A DNA stretch of 64,000 nucleotides, taken from positions 124,001 to 188,000 of the forward strand of contig JAHDYR010000006.1 in the NCBI GenBank assembly GCA_019828565.1, given 5' to 3'. A program made the position numbers and the translations under genes. This document shows, in pieces, positions 31,075 through 40,490 of this stretch. Every line of letters starts with the position of its first letter. Position 1 is the stretch's first letter. Below the pieces are notes generated by a model. That model was not told where the DNA came from. It worked only from the letters and a program-made list of their open reading frames with translations, and did no database searches. This DNA comes from Carpediemonas membranifera BICM (Eukaryota; Protista; Fornicata).

Positions 31075-32955
31075 TTACATTCCAGGGTCAACCGGCCGTT
31101 CTGCCGGCTGCGAATCGAACATCATCAAGGCCGGAGTCGCCTGAGGCTGTCCGCGCTGCCTCGGCGGCCCCGACTCCCTTGCCCGACCCAACCCCACGGG
31201 TCCCACTGAGGGGGTCGCCGGTCCGGGGGCTCCTCCCGTGCTGAAGACAAGCCCTGACTCCCGGGGTGACTGAGGGAAGGTCGGTGGGGCTCGGGGAGAG
31301 GTCACCGCGCTCGAGCGGTTGCTGAAAGACGCCAGACGACGCTGGCCTTCCATCGCCTTTTCCACCGCCTCTCTGGCAGCCCGAATCGCTTCTTTGTGCG
31401 ATCGCGGCCGAGACGGCGGCCTCAGCACCTCCACCCTTGAATTCGACGGGGCCCTCGACAGGGTCGCCTCCGCCTGTTCCCACTTGGTCCCAACCGATAG
31501 CCCAGGTTCCGGGGGCTCAGAGCCCGCCGGAGAGGCCATGGGCGAAGGTCCAGAGGCGAGGGCATTCATCTTGGCAATAGCCTCGCCGACGTTGGGGGCG
31601 GCGCTCGGGTAGTATCCTGGTCTGGAGAACGGGTCTGTGTGGTCTATCGCCTGGCTTGATAGCGACTGAGATTGAGCGGGGATAGAGATCATCGGCACAA
31701 CCATGTCCGGCATGATTGCTCTCTTTGGTGTGACCGGCCGAGATCTGGTACGGGGAATCTCGGGTATATCTGAGACCGACGACCCGGCCCGACTGTGGGA
31801 AAGTTCATATGACATCTCAGGCGGAGACATCGCCGTAACCGGCACCTGAACTGGGCTGGCGACGGGCATACGACGCTCTGCGGCCCTGGGCGTCGTCCTC
31901 ATGGCCTGGGGGAGACGGTGGATGTCTGGGGTGCTCGGCTTGTCCCTCAGCTCGCGGCGGGAAGGCCTAGACATCCCTGTCAAGTTGGGCGAGCACAGTT
32001 CAGAGGCTGGGGTGCGTGGCCGAAGGGGGTGGTGGAAGGGCGTGTCGCGTGTTGGACTGCTGGTGCTCTGGGCGATTGAGAATGTGGAGGGCGTGGGGGA
32101 GGCTGGCGGTGTAGTCTGGGTGCATGCCGCAACGGCAGTGCCAGTCGGGGCGGCAGGGGGCTCGGCAATCTCCTCGCGCTCCTCTTCGTGCTCGCTAGCG
32201 ACTGAGTTGGAGTCGCTGCTTTCATCTTCTCTCTTTGATTCATCATTGGGTTCAGCGCTGGCTTGACCATCATTCCCATTGTCATCCTGCTCCGTCTCTG
32301 GGTCGGAATCTGTCTGCTTATCACCGAGCACGATGGGGTCGTCTGCCAAGATGGAGGCCACTGCAACGAGGTCCGCGGGCTCCATCCCCATGTCTCCGGC
32401 TGCGGGGGCGGGGGCGGGGCTCTCATCGCCGACCGGGGGCTCATCATCCTCGGGGACTGCCGGTTCGATGACCTCGGACAGTTCTGTATCCTCCAGCTGG
32501 CTGGGCTCCACCGCTGCCTCGGACTCTGGCTCAACAGGTTCCGTGGCCTCTTCTGGCTCCTGGGCCTCGGGCAGGAGGTCATGGGGCTCTGCCTGAGGTG
32601 TAGGGTCAGCAGGCTCGGGCTCTTGGAATTCATAGGGCTCAATCTGGACCTCTTCTAACTGTTCTACCGTGTCTTCTGTCTCAATAGGCTCGGATTCGGG
32701 AGAATCGTCGTTTTTCGCTTCTTGAAGGGGTGGAATTCCGTCATACGGCAGCCGGGTAGCTCCATCGCGTAGCTTTTGACGCACAAGAATGCTATCTGCG
32801 AACACATCACTGAATAACGGCATCTGCTCACCCTCTAGAGGCTCAGGAATCACGGCTTCTCCGTTAGGCACGACACTAGACCTTGCGTAGGACAACTCGT
32901 AGTGCATTTCGTCAGTTCCATAGATGGAGAGAAATGCAACATCGCTAGTCGTCAT
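31075..32955 (-). CDS. Hypothetical acidic/Pro-Ser-rich disordered protein
   Basis: 626 aa ORF, low complexity. Confidence 0.7.
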   Translation of the reverse strand: MTTSDVAFLSIYGTDEMHYELSYARSSVVPNGEAVIPEPLEGEQMPLFSDVFADSILVRQKLRDGATRLPYDGIPPLQEAKNDDSPESEPIETEDTVEQLEEVQIEPYEFQEPEPADPTPQAEPHDLLPEAQEPEEATEPVEPESEAAVEPSQLEDTELSEVIEPAVPEDDEPPVGDESPAPAPAAGDMGMEPADLVAVASILADDPIVLGDKQTDSDPETEQDDNGNDGQASAEPNDESKREDESSDSNSVASEHEEEREEIAEPPAAPTGTAVAACTQTTPPASPTPSTFSIAQSTSSPTRDTPFHHPLRPRTPASELCSPNLTGMSRPSRRELRDKPSTPDIHRLPQAMRTTPRAAERRMPVASPVQVPVTAMSPPEMSYELSHSRAGSSVSDIPEIPRTRSRPVTPKRAIMPDMVVPMISIPAQSQSLSSQAIDHTDPFSRPGYYPSAAPNVGEAIAKMNALASGPSPMASPAGSEPPEPGLSVGTKWEQAEATLSRAPSNSRVEVLRPPSRPRSHKEAIRAAREAVEKAMEGQRRLASFSNRSSAVTSPRAPPTFPQSPRESGLVFSTGGAPGPATPSVGPVGLGRARESGPPRQRGQPQATPALMMFDSQPAERPVDPGM

Positions 32956-33033
32956 TAACTTATTGGCTCGGACGTGTCGTCTTCAACTGAATTTTCCGCA
33001 GTTTAACCGGAAACAAACTTAAACTGCGTCCTT

Positions 33034-33469
33034 ACACAGCTCATTTGCATTTGTTCGTTTACATAAATCAGTATCGGAAGACTGCAGTATCTCACTCGTC
33101 TGCCCCTTCTGCCGCGCGAGGTTCCGTAGAACTCGCTACACGAGGCGCACGATGCGATGCCACAACCCGAATTGTCAAGGTGCTCCATGGTACAGACAGC
33201 AACGCCTCAATTCCGATCCTACATCCACTTGGCTCAATCTCTCCCACAGAGACAAGACTGCTGCACAGAACATCTTGGATTGCGGCCTCATGACGGATGC
33301 ACAGTATCAAGCCAGTGCTTTCAGAAATCCAGCCCGTCTTCCCAACTATAACCCCAATACACCAATTACGGCTAACCAGCCGCTAGTCTTCGCCTCCGGG
33401 CAAGCTAATTGAAGTGGAGAGACGCAGTGCTTGCACTGTGCACTCTATGATACTTCACACAGCTCATTT
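33034..33469 (+). mobile_element. Putative non-autonomous Fanzor-derived insertion bounded by a 13-bp direct repeat
   Basis: acacagctcattt at 33034-33046 and 33457-33469 brackets the Fanzor remnant and its downstream hairpin. Confidence 0.5.
33065..33412 (+). pseudogene. Fanzor/TnpB-family nuclease 3' remnant (RuvC-II, Zn finger, RuvC-III)
   Basis: One frame reads VSEDCSISLVCPFCRARFRRTRYTRRTMRCHNPNCQGAPW...LNLSHRDKTAAQNIL, clearly paralogous to the 54015-54330 segment. Confidence 0.85.
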
Positions 33470-33470
33470 A
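33400..33470 (+). ncRNA. Candidate omegaRNA scaffold of the Fanzor remnant
   Basis: Directly 3' of the Fanzor stop; hairpin GUGGAG-AGA-CGCAGUG-CUUG-CACUGUG-CA-CUCUAU (33414-33448). Confidence 0.38.
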
Positions 33471-33485
33471 GTTAGTGCCTCATTC

Positions 33486-34220
33486 TCACAAATTGTACAT
33501 ATCCTGGAGTATCCGCATTGTATCGTCCGGGTTAGCGACCTTATGGCCGACTGTCCTGGGGTGCTCATACAGTTCATGATCGTTCCCACCGACGTCAGTT
33601 TTGTCTCCGAAGAAGTGAATCGTGTAGTCATCCGGGATGAACTGGAGGCAGTACGTCTTGTCCCAGCCCTTAGGGTAGATGTCCACTGAGATCTGCCCAC
33701 CGATGGCAAAGTTCAGATCCCACGTGCCAAAGAGCGTGTTCATCAGCTCCACATACTTCTTACGAATGTGGTGCACGCTGTCATACTCCTCGAATGCATC
33801 CCGCTCTTCCTGGCTGACCCCACGACCACAGGGGGAGACGTTGAGCAAGCCCTTGCGGTACTCAAAGAAGGTCCCGCGCTTGACGGGGAGGCGGACATCG
33901 GCAAAGTGCCGCATGGATTCGTTCATGAGGGTTTGGAGCCTGTCCTCGCCGAGGGCCGTGGCGAATGAGCCTTCGTGCTGAAGCTCGTTGTTCTTATAGT
34001 AAACGAGGCCGTTCTCGCTGAAGACGTACTCGAAGTCGCGCATGAAGCGCTCTCCAAGCTGCTCCTTCTGCTTCGAGAGGTCGGAACCGCCCACGATGCC
34101 GAGTGATACGCCTTTCTCCTTCTTCAGCTGAAGCAGGAGATTGTAGAGAGCGTTTGTGACCATACACCGCGGTTTTGTGAGTGTTCCATCCACGTCAAAC
34201 AGGAGAAGCGTCCTCTTCAT
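33486..34220 (-). CDS. PMM: Phosphomannomutase (eukaryotic HAD IIB, Sec53/PMM2)
   Basis: FDVDGTLT, VGGSD, SENG, KRGTFFEYR, GGQISVD, GWDKTYCL, FFGDKT..GGND. Confidence 0.97.
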   Translation of the reverse strand: MKRTLLLFDVDGTLTKPRCMVTNALYNLLLQLKKEKGVSLGIVGGSDLSKQKEQLGERFMRDFEYVFSENGLVYYKNNELQHEGSFATALGEDRLQTLMNESMRHFADVRLPVKRGTFFEYRKGLLNVSPCGRGVSQEERDAFEEYDSVHHIRKKYVELMNTLFGTWDLNFAIGGQISVDIYPKGWDKTYCLQFIPDDYTIHFFGDKTDVGGNDHELYEHPRTVGHKVANPDDTMRILQDMYNL

Positions 34221-34267
34221 TCACTGACCGTTTTCGTTGTTGTCAAGTGCATTTTTAGCCAGGGCAA

Positions 34268-34312
34268 CTTGTGCTATTGAAGGGTCCAACAATGTGTTTA
34301 TACTGCGCAACA
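34268..34312 (-). promoter_or_regulatory. 45-bp TATA-containing cassette, second copy
   Basis: Identical to 22035-22079; 47 nt upstream of the PMM ATG in the same orientation. Confidence 0.55.
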
Positions 34313-34417
34313 CAACTGCCGGGTCTACAACGCCTCAGCAGGCGCAGGTGACCGCTCCTACTAATATCCCCCCTCCCGCTGACACCGCGGTCGCCCAGAC
34401 CGTGGACCCGAGTCAGA

Positions 34418-34440
34418 GTTTGATGTTTGATGTTTGATGT
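34418..34440. repeat. Short tandem repeat (GTTTGAT)x3
   Basis: gtttgatgtttgatgtttgatgt. Confidence 0.75.
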
Positions 34441-34680
34441 GTCGTCTCCTCCCGGTGACGCAGTGGTGTCGCTCTGGGTGTGGACTTGAGTCAGTCGGAC
34501 ATGCCGGCCTACATGCTTCTTTGCGTTGTATGTAGATGTGGTCATTTAGCCTGGTGGTTAACAAGGGTGACGGAATAAAAAAGATTTTTAGCCAGGCTAT
34601 ACGAAGGAATCAGGACCATTGTGGTAGTGGGTTTTTTTCAGACGCCACTATTCGCTTATATTTACTCCTCTGCATCCGAC

Positions 34681-36391
34681 CTACTCCCGCTGTGCAATCG
34701 GGATGTAGCTATCAAGTGCCACCGTCACGCGCTGGTTCTGCGTGGGCAGAACCGACTTCCTCCGCATCTTAAGGTGAGGACTACGGGGCGACGGCGACTT
34801 GACGACCGCCTCCTCCTCCTCCGAGTCCGTGTCAAGCTCAGGCTCGGACGACTCGACCTCTTCTCTCGCCTTGCTCTGCATGGGAAAGCGGGGGACAAAC
34901 TTGGGGGCAAGTGAGGCCCGTTCAGCAGCAAGGGCGGCGAGCTCGGGGTCCTTACCAGCAGCAATAAGGCTGAGAGCGTCCCACTTCTCCTGCTTGTGCA
35001 CGACTGAGGCCGAGTCGTCCTCAATAACTCCCTTAAACTGCTCAGCACATTGGTTGAACAGGGTGGCATCCAGCCCCATGAGTGTCTTAAGGGCGTTAAA
35101 GGTGTATGAGAGAATAGTCTGGTTCCAGTGTGTCTTAGTGTTGTAGCAGAGGGGGTGGAACAGGATGGGGATCGCCCGCTCGTATGTGGACGCGATATGA
35201 GCCGCGACGACCTCGTTGTTGTTAATGAGGGTGAGCGCCCTCTCCGCGATGTGGAAGTGGGTACTGGACACGCACTGGCCGAGTAGCGTGAGGACGGGGT
35301 CGAGGATCCTCGAGAACTCAGCGGGAGGCGTTAGCTCGAGCAGGTCCTCGAGCTCGTTGAGGAAGAGTACGGCCTTGGGGCTGCTAGTGATTGGCCAGTA
35401 GCGGAGGAGGGCCTTGACGATGGGTTCAATGAGGTGCGTGTCCTTCTCGATAAACTGGGTGACGCAGTACGAGAGCTGCACGTGGAAGTGGGTGATGACG
35501 TCGACACGGTGGAGCGGCATCAGTGTCTTGTGGAGAAAGTTCAGGTGCTCGGGCTTGAGTGGAAGGGCGAACCCGTTGATGATCGAGCCGTAAATCTCCA
35601 AAAACTCGCTGATTCCGCTGAACCGCATGCTGTGGTGGGTGAAGTGGTACATCGTCGCGTTCATCGTGCGGCGGATGAACGCCCGATACGCCATGAGTTT
35701 GGCGTAAAGCCAGTGGAGTGCCGTCTTGAGGTAGTCCCGCTCGCGGGGGTCCTCTGAGTCGAAGAGGGCGATCATCTGGGTGACGAAGCGAGAGTCGATG
35801 TGTTTCTTAGCAACCTTGGGGTCTATTTCTGGAGAGATGATAAAGCGCAAAAAAATGTCATAGACGAGCTGGAGAACAGGCCAGTTTTGCTCCAACTTGG
35901 GCTCATCCTCCTCGGGGTCGAAGATCTCGAGGTCTGCAGTCGGTTTCGGGAGCGGCCTGAAGATGTTGGCAGCAACCATTCGAATGAGGGTGGCGAGAAC
36001 CGTGCTGTCCTTGAAGACTGAACGCGTCTGGTTGATGTAGTCTACGATGTCTTCGAGGGTGCGGCGCTTGATATCCATGGCTTGGGCCACTGCTGGGGCC
36101 ATGTCGGTGCCAATCGGATTGACGGCAGAACACTGTTCAAGTTTTCGGATGAAAAGTGCTGTGCGATCAGGTGCCGGGACTTCGCTGAACTTTGGGAGAA
36201 GAACTATCTCTGTGAGAATGATATTTGAAGCATTGGGATCGCTCTTGAACGACAGAACAGAAAGTTTCTCCTTAACGATCGAACTACGACGGTGCCGTCT
36301 CCTGGGCTGTAGGGTAAGCTTAAATCGTTGTACAAACAGTTTGACCGGAGGCTTTTGTGTTCGCCTTCACGCGGTCCCCACGAAAGGCCAT
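34681..36391 (-). CDS. PP2A regulatory subunit B' (B56); intron 36307-36337
   Basis: LFIRKLEQC, NIFRPLP, WPVLQLVY, LFDSEDPRERDYLKT, SIINGFALPLKPEH, HFHIAERAL; removing a 31-nt GTTTGT...CTACAG intron gives the start MAFRGDRVKANTKASGQT-PRRRHRRSS. Confidence 0.95.
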
Positions 36392-36562
36392 GTGTTGGTC
36401 GTTTGACTTCAGCCTACAGTCGCCTGCTCGGGAAACCAGGAGGGCGCAAGCCAGGGTTGCCGCCGGCATCTAGCGAGTGGAAGCCACGTGTAAATGCAGA
36501 TTTTTGGCGGCGTTGGTGCTGGCAGTTTTAGGCTTGTGTGGCGTCGGGAACGAGATTGGAGC

Positions 36563-37240
36563 ATGAACCGTTCAAGAGGAACAGCTGTTTCGCTTGCAAA
36601 CTTGCTTGATTCTCGCATTGCCGATATTATTGCCGCCAAGCCTTTTGGAAAGACGCTTGAAGAGTCCTTGCGTGAGTGCGGCCAATGGCGCGATCCCGAG
36701 ACAATAGAAGGCGAAGAGGGCCAACCAGGCGATCAAGTATACGAGAGGAACGTTGCTGGTTCATCTGTGCAGGTCGGCGACAAGGGCTTGAACGCTCGGT
36801 CCTTCACGTCCTGGACGCAATCCCGCCGCTGGTCCAAGAATGAGACTAAGCTCTTCTACAAGGGTGTACAGTGCTTTGGTACTGATTTTGATGGCCTGGC
36901 ATCAGTTTTCCCCAACCGGAGCAGGCTAGAGGTCAAACGCAAGTTCACCCGTGAGAGAAAGAAGCCCTCTTGCGTCTCACTAGAAACTTTCCTGAGCTAT
37001 CAGGACATGCACCGTGACCCCACTTCTGTCCCCGAGTTCGCTGACGCCTGGGAAGAGCTCCAGGAGCAGGCTAGGTCCACCCAGAACATGACTGCGGAAG
37101 AAATCCTGGCCGCAGACGAGGCTGAGCGTGCAGCGTTGGCGGCACAGCGGAGCAGGGCATCAAACGCAGCCGCTGACCTGGATGGCGCGCTAATGTCCGA
37201 GGAGGAGGAGGAGGAAGAGGGCGACTTCTTCGGGTATTGA
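36563..37240 (+). CDS. BDP1: TFIIIB subunit B'' (Bdp1), SANT/Myb domain
   Basis: NARSF...RWSKNETKLFYKGVQCFGTDF...FPNRSRLEVKRKFTRERK. Confidence 0.85.
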   Translation: MNRSRGTAVSLANLLDSRIADIIAAKPFGKTLEESLRECGQWRDPETIEGEEGQPGDQVYERNVAGSSVQVGDKGLNARSFTSWTQSRRWSKNETKLFYKGVQCFGTDFDGLASVFPNRSRLEVKRKFTRERKKPSCVSLETFLSYQDMHRDPTSVPEFADAWEELQEQARSTQNMTAEEILAADEAERAALAAQRSRASNAAADLDGALMSEEEEEEEGDFFGY

Positions 37241-37447
37241 AGCAGGCGGTTTACATGGTTTATCAGTGTTTATGTTAATCCTCATGTAAATGGTCATGCC
37301 TTAGCTCAGGGCGGGCATGGTCGAGTTATGTGGGAGGGTCCTGGTCCTCGGGCTGGGGGTCTGTTCATGGACAACCAGACGGCATGTATCAAGCCACCCT
37401 ACCATACTTTCTACACCATCTTTTCTACCATTTACCTGTGCTACTGA

Positions 37448-38293
37448 TTACCTGCTGAAGAAATGCAGGTTCCGGGGCATTTCCTCGCCAGGCACCCTTG
37501 GATGCTCAGCCCACCATGCCCGCTCCTCTTCGCTGATGAGACCGAAGTTGAGGTCGTCGTGCTCATAACCCTTGACCTCAACGTCAAAGCCGAACCTGCC
37601 AAAGAACGTCTCTGGTTCCTCAATAGCAGCATCAGTGCGGGGGGGAGCTGCCCACTTGGACCACTCAGTCAGGAGGGGCTGGCCTGACTCGGCAGTCATG
37701 TATGCGTTGTTGAACACATCGCCAACAACCTTGGAGCCCGGGGCGGAGAGAGTCTCGATGGCTTGGAGCAGGCGGACCTGGTCGGTGGGCGGGATGTACA
37801 TCAGAAGGCCTTCGAGTATCCAGAGAGTCGGCTGTGATGCGTCAAAGCCGCCGTTGGTCAGTGCTGTGGGCCATATCGTCTCGGGAGAAGCAAGGTCGGC
37901 CGCAACCTCGATAACTTGAGGTCGAGGCTCAAGAATAGTCTTCCTAAAGTCAATTACGTCGGGAAGGTCAACATTGAAGACGCGGACTCCCTCTAAGAGG
38001 CGGTGGGAGCGGGAGTCCCCACCGCAGCCAAAGACTACAACTTGACGGCAACCACCGGCAGATACTGCTTCAACGGCAAAGTTGTCGAACGCTTTGGTTC
38101 TAATTGCGACGTAGTCAGCGAGAATGTTCACAGTGGTGCCCACCTGGGTTGCGATGGCCTCCATGAACTCCTTCCCGAAGTCTCCAGCAAACGCCTGGGC
38201 ATATGGATCCTGGAATAGAGCCTTATCGCCCTTTGCATGCTCTAGATACCTTCCGTATGCGATATACTGGGCTGTTTTCCCGAATTTGTCCAT
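37448..38293 (-). CDS. SAM-dependent methyltransferase, LCM/TIGR00027-like
   Basis: LFQDPYAQAFAG, AIRTKAFD, RQVVVFGCGGDSR, PTLWILEGLLMY. Confidence 0.9.
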   Translation of the reverse strand: MDKFGKTAQYIAYGRYLEHAKGDKALFQDPYAQAFAGDFGKEFMEAIATQVGTTVNILADYVAIRTKAFDNFAVEAVSAGGCRQVVVFGCGGDSRSHRLLEGVRVFNVDLPDVIDFRKTILEPRPQVIEVAADLASPETIWPTALTNGGFDASQPTLWILEGLLMYIPPTDQVRLLQAIETLSAPGSKVVGDVFNNAYMTAESGQPLLTEWSKWAAPPRTDAAIEEPETFFGRFGFDVEVKGYEHDDLNFGLISEEERAWWAEHPRVPGEEMPRNLHFFSR

Positions 38294-38489
38294 GTGTGCT
38301 TTTTGATGAAATCTGAGATTCTCTGACTGCCGCGGACCACCCAGAACCCCTCGATCAGACTATTGAACGCCGGAGAAAACAGGATGAGGACAACACGTCT
38401 CCGCTGGGCCGATTCGGCCCAGCGGCAGCGTTTCTCCTTAACCTGCACGAAACACAACCGGAACACTGCCGATCTCGCTCCCTGGAGGA

Positions 38490-39986
38490 ATGTATCACAA
38501 TCGTGGAGCACAAATGGTTGGCGATTACCGACTAGAACGCACTTTGGGGAAAGGATCGTTTGCCAAGGTCAAGCAAGCCGTGCATTCCAAGACAGGCGAG
38601 CGCGTCGCCATCAAAATCATCTCCACGAAGGATGCGAATCACCATGCGTTACGTAGGATCAAAACTGAGATATCTGTTCTTCGCCTGCTCAGTCATCCTA
38701 ACGTGATCCAGCTCAAGGAGGTCTTCGCCTCCGAATCCCGCATCTTTCTCGTGATGGAGCTCGTCAGTGGGGGCGAGCTGCTCGACAGACTGGCTGTAGA
38801 CCGTGTATTCCCTGTAGATGTGGCTAGGAAGTACATGATCCAGCTGCTGTCCGCCATCGACCATTGCCACAAGAAGGGCATCGTCCACCGTGACCTGAAG
38901 CCCGAGAACATCCTGCTGGACGAGCACGGCAACGCCAAGGTCTCGGACTTTGGTCTGTCAGCGCTGTACGAGCAAGGCTTCAGGGCCACAGTCCTCGCCA
39001 CTGCATGCGGGTCGCCCCACTACGTCGCCCCCGAGGTGGTCTCCAGAGGAACGTACGACGGCCGTGCCGCCGACATCTGGTCCATGGGCGTGCTGCTCTT
39101 CGTGATGCTGACGGGCACGGTCCCCTTCTCGGCCCAGAACATCAAGGCCCTCTTCACGAAGATCAAGGGCGGGTCATTCGTCATTCCAGACCACGTTCCG
39201 GCCGACGCCCGGTCCCTAATCGAGCGTCTCATCGTTGTCAACCCTGCCGATCGTGCCACCATGGAGGAGGTCGCTGCCCACCCATTCTTGCATGGGAAAC
39301 TCGGGGTCCTGCAGCCGACAGCTCCTGTGGTCCCAGAGATGGGTGACGGTTCATTGTCGCGTGTGATTGTGACAGATCATGTCATGGACGCCGTCCTTAG
39401 CTTGCTCGGGTCCGAGGACAAGGGCGCCAGCCTACCCTCGCTCAACGCGTTCGATCTGATGGGTATGTGTGGTATCATTGGATCAGATAGCACGATGCTT
39501 GATGCTAGCAAGCTTGTTATGGTCACTGCAGGATCTGTGTGCGAAGCTATGCCTCTGGTCGTGAGTAAGATGACGGCCATGTTCGGCAAGGATGTCCGTT
39601 TTGTGCAGCTTACCCATCTAGGGAAGCTAAAGTGCACGGTTGACCTGCCCAACCTCATTACGGTCAGGTTCAACGTGCAGTTTTATAATACTGCCCCCAC
39701 GTTTACAATGGGTTTATTTATCAAGCAGCAGGGGCCTCGTCTCGAGTTCCTTCGCACTGCTTACGATGTGATTGCAGCGATCAGGGATGATTCGGCCGTT
39801 GAGACTCTGTCTAGCGACACCGAGAGCGAGGAGGGGGCCACACAGGCGACGGAGTTGATGTCGAGTGACACGGTGACAACCTCGGAGGGCATCGTTGAGA
39901 TCGACCACAGTCAGATCGCGGTGCTGAGTGAGGCGTCGTTTGCCCTCCCGCCGGACAGCTTCATTGACGTTGATGGCATTGATTGA
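38490..39986 (+). CDS. SNF1-related Ser/Thr kinase, CIPK-like (NAF motif)
   Basis: LGKGSFAKV, VHRDLKPEN, DFG, CGSPHYVAPE; C-terminal LNAFDL. Confidence 0.9.
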   Translation: MYHNRGAQMVGDYRLERTLGKGSFAKVKQAVHSKTGERVAIKIISTKDANHHALRRIKTEISVLRLLSHPNVIQLKEVFASESRIFLVMELVSGGELLDRLAVDRVFPVDVARKYMIQLLSAIDHCHKKGIVHRDLKPENILLDEHGNAKVSDFGLSALYEQGFRATVLATACGSPHYVAPEVVSRGTYDGRAADIWSMGVLLFVMLTGTVPFSAQNIKALFTKIKGGSFVIPDHVPADARSLIERLIVVNPADRATMEEVAAHPFLHGKLGVLQPTAPVVPEMGDGSLSRVIVTDHVMDAVLSLLGSEDKGASLPSLNAFDLMGMCGIIGSDSTMLDASKLVMVTAGSVCEAMPLVVSKMTAMFGKDVRFVQLTHLGKLKCTVDLPNLITVRFNVQFYNTAPTFTMGLFIKQQGPRLEFLRTAYDVIAAIRDDSAVETLSSDTESEEGATQATELMSSDTVTTSEGIVEIDHSQIAVLSEASFALPPDSFIDVDGID

Positions 39987-40490
39987 TGGGGCAATGATGG
40001 TGATTGGGCGATTGGATGTGTCGAAATGATTAGGGGTTTAAATTGTTTGTCGTTTGGGCATGATCTGATAGTCTCGAGAGAGTTGGAACTCAGGCGCGGT
40101 GGCTTAGCATGTCGACTTGCCATGCAGGGTCGACCCGACGGTGTGTTGATATCACATGCGTTCATCTCCCCTGGCTGGTCCCCCTAACAGTATTATCTTG
40201 GACCAGTCACTCGGCCTCAGAGGGAGTCCTTGCAGTGAGTGCAAGAACAACCCATGGATGGCAAGCAGCGGATGCAAGGCGAGACGACATGCCATCCGCA
40301 CGATCATGTAACCCGGACGATGAACTGGAGGAATGGCTGCTCCCAGGTGCCGCATCTGACATGGCGTCAGTGCTTCGATACACAAGTCACACACAGACAA
40401 ATGACACAAGTCGAACACGACCCAAGATGGTGTGCCTCGTGGTAGGCACCCGGAGCGGGCAAAGATGGAGAACGCTATCTTAAGGAGCGG

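Noticed and set aside
40090-40140. SRP/Alu-like 5' motif (ggcgcggtggc)
   Set aside because: The match is only about 11 nt and I could not find the rest of an SRP RNA structure.
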